DNA from: Podarcis erhardii
Taxonomy: Eukaryota
Direction: 5' to 3' (one strand)
Assembly (NCBI GenBank): GCA_964252035.1
Contig: OZ176212.1
Length of the DNA: 64,000 nucleotides
The notes under the pieces were generated by a model that worked only from the letters and a program-made list of their open reading frames with translations, did no database searches and was not told the DNA's origin. The position numbers and the translations under genes were made by a program. Positions 59,101 to 64,000 of the stretch are shown one piece after another (positions within the stretch are counted from its first letter, which is position 1; every line of letters begins with the position of its first letter).

Positions 59101-62100
59101 TTCCTTAGGAAATAGGTTTGTGGAGGGTGGGGCCAGAAGGGCTGGCTGACAGTGGTGCTTAAAAAACTGCATATGCCTTGTAACAAAAAAGAGCAACCGC
59201 CTGTGCCACAGGGTGGGGAGGTACCTCTGTGTGGTTGGCAGTTCTAGGGCTGGGCCTGGATGAAAGGAACACACTCCTGCAGTGCGTGAATAAATATAGC
59301 CTGCCTGTGGGGGGTGGCTTAGCCTTGGGAGAGGCCTGTCCTGCAGAGGAAGAATTTTCAGGATATTGTGGGGGAAGGGAGATGGCATTCCAAAGGAGAA
59401 GCATGTCTAGAGTCTGGTCTGGATGAGGGCTGATCACTGCTTTGCGGTTGGAAGAAGGCAGTGTGTTTTGAGTGCGTTCAGCGGGGCAATTTGCTTTCAG
59501 TTTGAAGGGCTGGTTAAGGTAGGCAGCTCTGCTGTCTGGAGCAGAGGGAGCTGGCCAGGCAGAGCACGCATGGCAAAGCCGGGTTCTTGAGTTGCATCAG
59601 GTGGCTGTAAATGCAGAGAATCCCCACCCCTTTATGCAAATAGCCAGAATGGCACCACAGGCTGATGCAAGCCCGCTATGGAGCAGCAATCCAGAATGAC
59701 AATTGGCCCTCCCTTCCCTCCCTCCTCCCCTCCCTCCGCCAGCCAGCCAGCCAGCCGTCTGAGCGGTTAAAGCTGCAGACTCCCTGCTGCCTGGACAGAG
59801 CGAGCACTGCTGCGTAGCATGGGCAGCGGCAAGGAGACAGCTCTGTTGCTGTTCATGGAGTTCCCGGTCTGTGCCCCGGAGCAGCCTCGTTGCAGAGCCG
59901 CTCTTGGCCAGCTCCCAGTGCAGAATGGCTGTAGGTGGGGGGAAGGTATCTGGAGCCCCACGACATCAGGGATGGTCCAGAAAAGGAGCAGGAAAGGTGG
60001 GGCTGCACCACATTCAGACTGAAGGGCGGCACTTGGAGGTGAGTGGGGTCAAATGGTGGCGGGTGCAGTACGTCACAAGGGAGGCTGAAGTTGCAGGGGA
60101 GGGCATCCTCCAGAGAAAATAGGGCGGCAAGGAAGGAAGAAGCCTTATTAAGAGTTTTTAAAGTCCCCCCCCCTTGTTTTTCTTTTGTTTTTAGGACATT
60201 GATTTAATTGACATCCTGTGGAGACAGGATATCGACCTTGGAGCTGGGCGTGAGATTTTTGACTACAGCCACCGCCAGAAGGAGAACGAAGTGGACAAAG
60301 AACCAAATAATGGGGAGGAGTGTGGGGATGGCTGGAGGAGCAGAGGGGGCGATGTCGCTGACAGGGCCTTGCTAGTGGATGGCGAGACAGGGGAAAGCTT
60401 TCCTGCGCAGGTAAAAAAACAAGTCAACTCCCTAGTTGGGTAGGACAGTTTTCTTATCCACCATCCTGGGATTGTTCTTTGTAGCTGTTCAGTAGAGGAA
60501 AATCTGCTGCATGCTTGGGTAGGCCTTGGGAAGAAAATAGCTGTGATGCGAGAAAATGTCCTCCCCTTTTCAAGTTCAGACACAACTCTTAAAAGGGAAT
60601 TAGTTCTGAAACACTGATGTTCAGTGTTACTGATCCTGCCCAGGAAGCAGGCAGGGCTGCTTCTCCGTTTGTGTTGGCTTTGAGTGCATAGATATTCATT
60701 ACCGTTCCATGCTTGGTTCAAGGCCTTGGTCTGTGCTCTGTTGCTTTGTGGTAGTCCTCAACATGCACCCCTTGTTTCTTCCTAGGCTTCACACCACCAC
60801 CTTCTGATCCTTCTCTCAGCATCCTGGCTTCTTCTCACCTCTGCTCTGTGAGAATTGGGCCTTCTCCCATGTCTTATTTTTGGTTGCAACTGTTAAGAGT
60901 ATGTTATTTAGTAAGAATTTTTAAATCTCTCTCTATAAATCTCATTAGTTTGGTCCTAGCCAGCCTCCTTCCAAATGGGGCTAGGATTTATTAGAGAATC
61001 CTGCTAGCAGATGCTGTGGGGAGGCCATTTCCCCTTATTTCTCTTTATAACACCTCACACACTGCTCTGGAGCCAATCTTGTGGGGGCAAAGGGGACAGC
61101 AGGGGGAATAGGTAGAATCACCATGAGTTTCCCTCCAACATGGCAGGAGCATCTTGTGAGTAGGATTCTACTTGGGGTTGCTCTTGCTTGGCATCCTAGT
61201 CTATATCTCTTTCTAATTTGGTGAATCCATCCTGAGTCTTCAGAGTAGGACTGTGATATCCTATCAAAGCCAGTTAATAAACTCTTGACCCTGGATGGCT
61301 TTGAGAACAGTTGTTACTGGGCACATCAGATCTCCAGATTCAGTTCAGTCAGTACCCACTTATAAGACTGCAGGAATGCAGGGTAGGTGACAGCCTCTGG
61401 AAAGGCTCACCCCAGTTAGAATATCCTCTGGAAGCAGGGCTTCCCTTCTTGGGGGCTGCATCTAATTCTGCACCAAGAGAATTTGCATTTGATTAAATTT
61501 TACTGTGTGACATAAACCGTTTCTTGACTTGAGCATTTGAAATTTTGTCAGAATGCAGGGTGTTTGAGAAGAGACTCAGGGGTGTCATTGGAATAAGTAG
61601 TGGGGTGGTTGTGGGACAGGGAACTGGGTGTGGTATTGGAAACCGCGCCAGATAGACAACCATGTAGCTATTGGCTGTTGAGGTGAGTTTTTAGGAAACT
61701 GTGTCTCTTGGTCAGGACTACCTGGTTCTGAGCATTTAGCCCTGTCCCAGGCTGTGCATTGGACTACATCACTGGGTTTCGTCTGTGTCTGAGACGGGTG
61801 TCACCTCAGCATTAATTACATTTATCTAAGTTCAAGAGAAGAATAAAAGTGAGTGGGGCGAGGAGGAAAGATAAAGGTTAGTTTAGATTATTCAGCTAAT
61901 AGATTGCTTTACACAGCCAAAAGAAAAGGAAGTCTTTGTGTGAATTACATAGACAGTAACACACAAAATACAATACTTTTAAAAGCAATGCAGATGCACT
62001 ATAATGTGCATCTACAACATCAGCAGCAACATAAAATAACCACCCCATCCACATAAAAATGTATACACACAAGCACACACAAACACAGCCACTATTAATG

Positions 62101-63009
62101 CTGCTGAAATGTCAAGGGGAATAAAAATGTCTGCCTGGTGCTGGAAGGATGACAGAAAAGGGCTATTTTCTCATTGCCACCCTCCAGATATCTCTTAAAA
62201 GAGGCACACAAAGAATAGGAGAATGTACAGGCTTTTAAAAAAAAGTTAGTCGTATCTTGCCGGTGGAGGTTGGTCTGAAAAAGTTGAAGGGCATGGGTAT
62301 AGATGATCTTACAGTAAAATGACACTCGAATTATTTGCTCTTCCAGGTGCCTGGTGTTGAGGACCAGACAGCCTTGTCCTTGGAGGAGTGCCTTAGGCTG
62401 CTGGAGGCCACGTTTCCCTTTGGGGAGAATTCGGAGGTGGGTCAATGATGGCCCTTGGGAAAGGGAAGATTTAACTGCTTAGTAGTAACAGCATATGGCA
62501 TTTCTATAGATGCATTCAGTGTAAAAAATGGACTTGGACAATCTTTATCTCATGCCCTTGCCATAACCTTGTGAGGCTGTGAATTCTTCCAAATGAAGAG
62601 AAAAGCTTGTTCTTGTTCCAGGCACAAGGCCAGGTAGATTAGCAGGAAAGAAGTGGCGAGAATGCCACCCCTCCCTCCCTGCCCCTGCAAATGCTTTAAA
62701 GCCCCTAATACTGTGGTTGCAGGGAACCTTGGGAGTGGGGGATGGCTGTTAGTCTGCATCAGAAGTTCATGCAGAGAGGAAGCGGGAGTAATGATGTTGC
62801 TGACATGCTGCTTCACTGCCACATAATGAAAGGTGTTTTGCTTTCAGTTTCCAGCTGCAGATGCCCCCAGCCTAACTGAAGTTCTGCCGAGTGAGACCGG
62901 GCCTTCCACTGTGCCAGAGGGGCTTCTGTCTCCCCTACTAACAGGGACAGAGTTGCCCTTCGACCTGGAGCAGCAGTGGCAGGACCTCATGTCTATAATG
63001 GAAACGCAG
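41539..63009 (+). CDS. NFE2L1: NFE2L1 (Nrf1/TCF11, CNC-bZIP), partial CDS: join(41539-42048, 60195-60410, 62347-62436, 62848-63009); 326 aa; the bZIP-containing last exon is not in the window
   Basis: MLSLKKYFTEGLIQFTILLSLIGVRVDVDTY... ER-anchor N-terminus; DDI2 cleavage site W103/L104 retained; DIDLIDILWRQDIDLG and ETGE motifs; FDLEQQWQDLMSIME; all junctions phase 0 and GT-AG. Confidence 0.97.
43209..43377. mobile_element. Tc1/mariner (Tigger-like) MITE
   Basis: CTGTATTTTTCGCTCTATAACAC / GTGTTATGGTGCAAAAAATACGG TIRs with TA TSD. Confidence 0.8.
43694..43729. repeat. (GT)n microsatellite
   Basis: Read directly. Confidence 0.98.
47070..47665 (+). mobile_element. L2-clade LINE 3' fragment
   Basis: Degenerate PVLD.V.LPL...VIHALVTCR...YN...FSAVAPWLWNSLPLEI.LAP. 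Confidence 0.75.
49110..49295 (-). mobile_element. tRNA-head/CR1-tail SINE (Squam3-like); similar copies at about 39215-39362 (-) and 36245-36432 (+)
   Basis: CATAGGAACATAGG tail and CCATCTAGCTCAGTATTG...GCATGCAAAGCAG body. Confidence 0.55.
49556..49743. mobile_element. Tigger-like MITE
   Basis: CAATGGTACCTCTAGTTGC / GCAACCAGAGGTACCACTG TIRs with TA TSD. Confidence 0.85.
51245..51380. mobile_element. 136-bp palindromic hAT MITE (MER5-like); degraded relatives near 1030, 12826, 13430 and 15850
   Basis: CAGGCATAGGCAAACT / AGTTTGCCTATGCCTG TIRs; perfect 8-bp TSD TTTTAGTT. Confidence 0.92.
53061..53132. repeat. Compound (TATC)n-(CT)n microsatellite
   Basis: Read directly. Confidence 0.97.
54213..54687. 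mobile_element. hAT MITE with GC-rich interior
   Basis: CAGGGGTCAGCAAACT / AGTTTGCCTACCAATG ends; TSD CCCTTGAC / CTCTTGAC. Confidence 0.85.
56763..56904 (-). mobile_element. SINE with tRNA-Asn(GTT)-like head and CR1-derived 3' tail
   Basis: Minus strand ...GTTAACCAGAAGGCTGGTGGTTCGAGCACACC... then GATTCCTGCATTGCAGGGAGTTGGACTAGATG...ATTCTGTGATTCTA. Confidence 0.7.
57370..57780 (+). repeat. CpG-rich degenerate tandem repeat (84-bp period) of ATTGG plus CCTAGGTAAC modules; promoter-like
   Basis: CCTCTGCATCCTC at 57472/57556, ATTGG at 57421/57506/57590, CTGCAGCCTAGGTAAC at 57517/57601. Confidence 0.75.
59580..59760 (+). promoter_or_regulatory. Candidate internal NFE2L1 promoter: two CARE/AARE motifs, octamer, CACCC, CCAAT, pyrimidine tract
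   Basis: TTGCATCA 59592-59599, CCCCACCCC 59622-59630, ATGCAAAT 59634-59641, TGATGCAA 59663-59670, ATTGG 59702-59706. Confidence 0.55.
59925..60038 (+). CDS. NFE2L1: Candidate alternative first coding exon of NFE2L1 (38 aa, MAVGGGKV...EGRHLE)
   Basis: Strong Kozak (agaATGg), 114 nt open, phase-0 donor GAG|GTGAGT, 156-nt intron to the 60195 acceptor. Confidence 0.5.
60195..60410 (+). CDS. NFE2L1: NFE2L1 Neh2-like exon (DIDLIDIL...ETGESFPAQ, 72 aa)
   Basis: ttttag acceptor; CAG|GTAAAA donor. Confidence 0.96.
62347..62436 (+). CDS. NFE2L1: NFE2L1 90-nt cassette exon (TCF11-type; VPGVEDQTALSLEECLRLLEATFPFGENSE)
   Basis: ttccag acceptor; GAG|GTGGGT donor. Confidence 0.95.
62848..63009 (+). CDS. 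NFE2L1: NFE2L1 exon FPAADAPS...FDLEQQWQDLMSIMETQ (54 aa)
   Basis: tttcag acceptor; CAG|GTGAGG donor. Confidence 0.96.
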
Positions 63010-64000
63010 GTGAGGAAGGCTGACTTCTACCCTTGTTAAAATAAACTCTGCTTTCTCTTCAGGTGGGTGTACCATGCTACTGTTTAGTGTTTTGCTAGGT
63101 TTCAGGCAAATGTGAAGGTTGTTAACATCTCTGTTTTGTGAATTTCTCCTTCTGTAGAAGAATGATCTTTCTGCTGCTGCTGCTGCTGCAACCATCTTTC
63201 CTATAACAATAGGCAGGAGCCTAGAAGAATTTGCAGCAAATGGGAAACCAGAGCTGCAGAGTTAGGTGACCATCTAGTTCAAGAGTCGTCAAAAGCAGTG
63301 CACACACTGTACCAAGTGACTGCCTGCAACGTAGCAGGGCAGAGGTCCCCTGGGAAGGGCCAAACAAAAGATACCCCTCTCTTCAGGGTCGTAATAAGCC
63401 ACTACAACTTGGGGACAGTTCTTTCCCACCCTTAAAACAATATAGCATCCCTGTCACAGGATGCATGCAGCCTATTCATTATCCTTGCTGGGGAAATGTT
63501 TTGCCTCTCTGCATACCAGGTATTGATTTTATTTTTTAAAAAATCCTCCACAAATTGCACAGCCACTGCTCCCGACCCTGGTTTTTTCACCTCTGGCCTG
63601 ATTTTCTCTAAGAGCAGTCAGTTTCTGAATGTTTGTCTGCTATTGGCTTCCTATACTAAACAAAAAGATTTATCAGTGGCGTGTCTCAGATAGGAGCCAT
63701 TTCCGCCCCCCTCCTGGACCCACCCCAATAACTAGGTAGCTAGCTACAGAGGAGTATTGAGTAGGGCAGGATGCAGACCTGGCTTTGGCTTTCTTGGTAG
63801 ATAGGGCACAGTTGCTAGCAAGCATGCTGCCTTGTTATGCAAGTTCCTGATTTGTTGCAAACAGAGACCCGTGTCCCAGTTCTCCACATGTGCAGGTGGA
63901 AGGGAAATGAGTTCCCTTCATGCTAACGTACTTAAAACTTCTGAATGATTGGGTCTTTGGTTTTCTTTGCTCTCTCACAGGGTCCTCTTTGGAGGACTTG

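Noticed and set aside
1-64000. CRISPR arrays, operons, rRNA genes, NUMTs, viral ORFs
   Set aside because: No regularly spaced repeat-spacer array, no rRNA- or mitochondrial-like sequence recognised, and no long unexplained ORF; the DNA is intron-rich vertebrate sequence.

Overview
Vertebrate nuclear DNA, most likely a squamate and probably a lacertid lizard (inferred from Sauria SINEs and tRNA-head/CR1-tail SINEs). All calls come from reading the sequence by eye and from recalled reference sequences; no database search was run. The window holds the head-to-head COPZ2-NFE2L1 pair that flanks HOXB in other vertebrates. COPZ2 is complete on the minus strand (9 coding exons, 17213 to 1359, 213 aa). 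Its intron 2 is GC-AG, and I found no intact miR-152 in intron 1. NFE2L1 (Nrf1/TCF11) is on the plus strand: CpG-island promoter near 34.2-35.6 kb and four coding exons from 41539 to 63009; its large last exon is not in the window. The ~17 kb gap between the genes carries three insertions: (1) a processed LSP1 retrocopy (21176-23194) with an intact 277-aa ORF, AATAAA, a poly(A) remnant and a perfect 16-bp target-site duplication; (2) a decayed PPP6C processed pseudogene interrupted by a hAT MITE and a CR1 tail; (3) a 264-bp solo LTR with a 5-bp TSD and promoter motifs. The long NFE2L1 intron before the DIDLIDIL exon has two candidate internal promoters. One is an 84-bp-period CCAAT/RFX-half-site repeat. 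The other is a pair of inverted ATF4-type CARE motifs upstream of an in-frame alternative first exon that would give an ER-anchor-less (Nrf1b-like) isoform. The rest is SINEs, CR1/L2 fragments, hAT and Tc1/mariner MITEs and microsatellites. No prokaryotic features, CRISPR arrays or rRNA/tRNA genes were seen.
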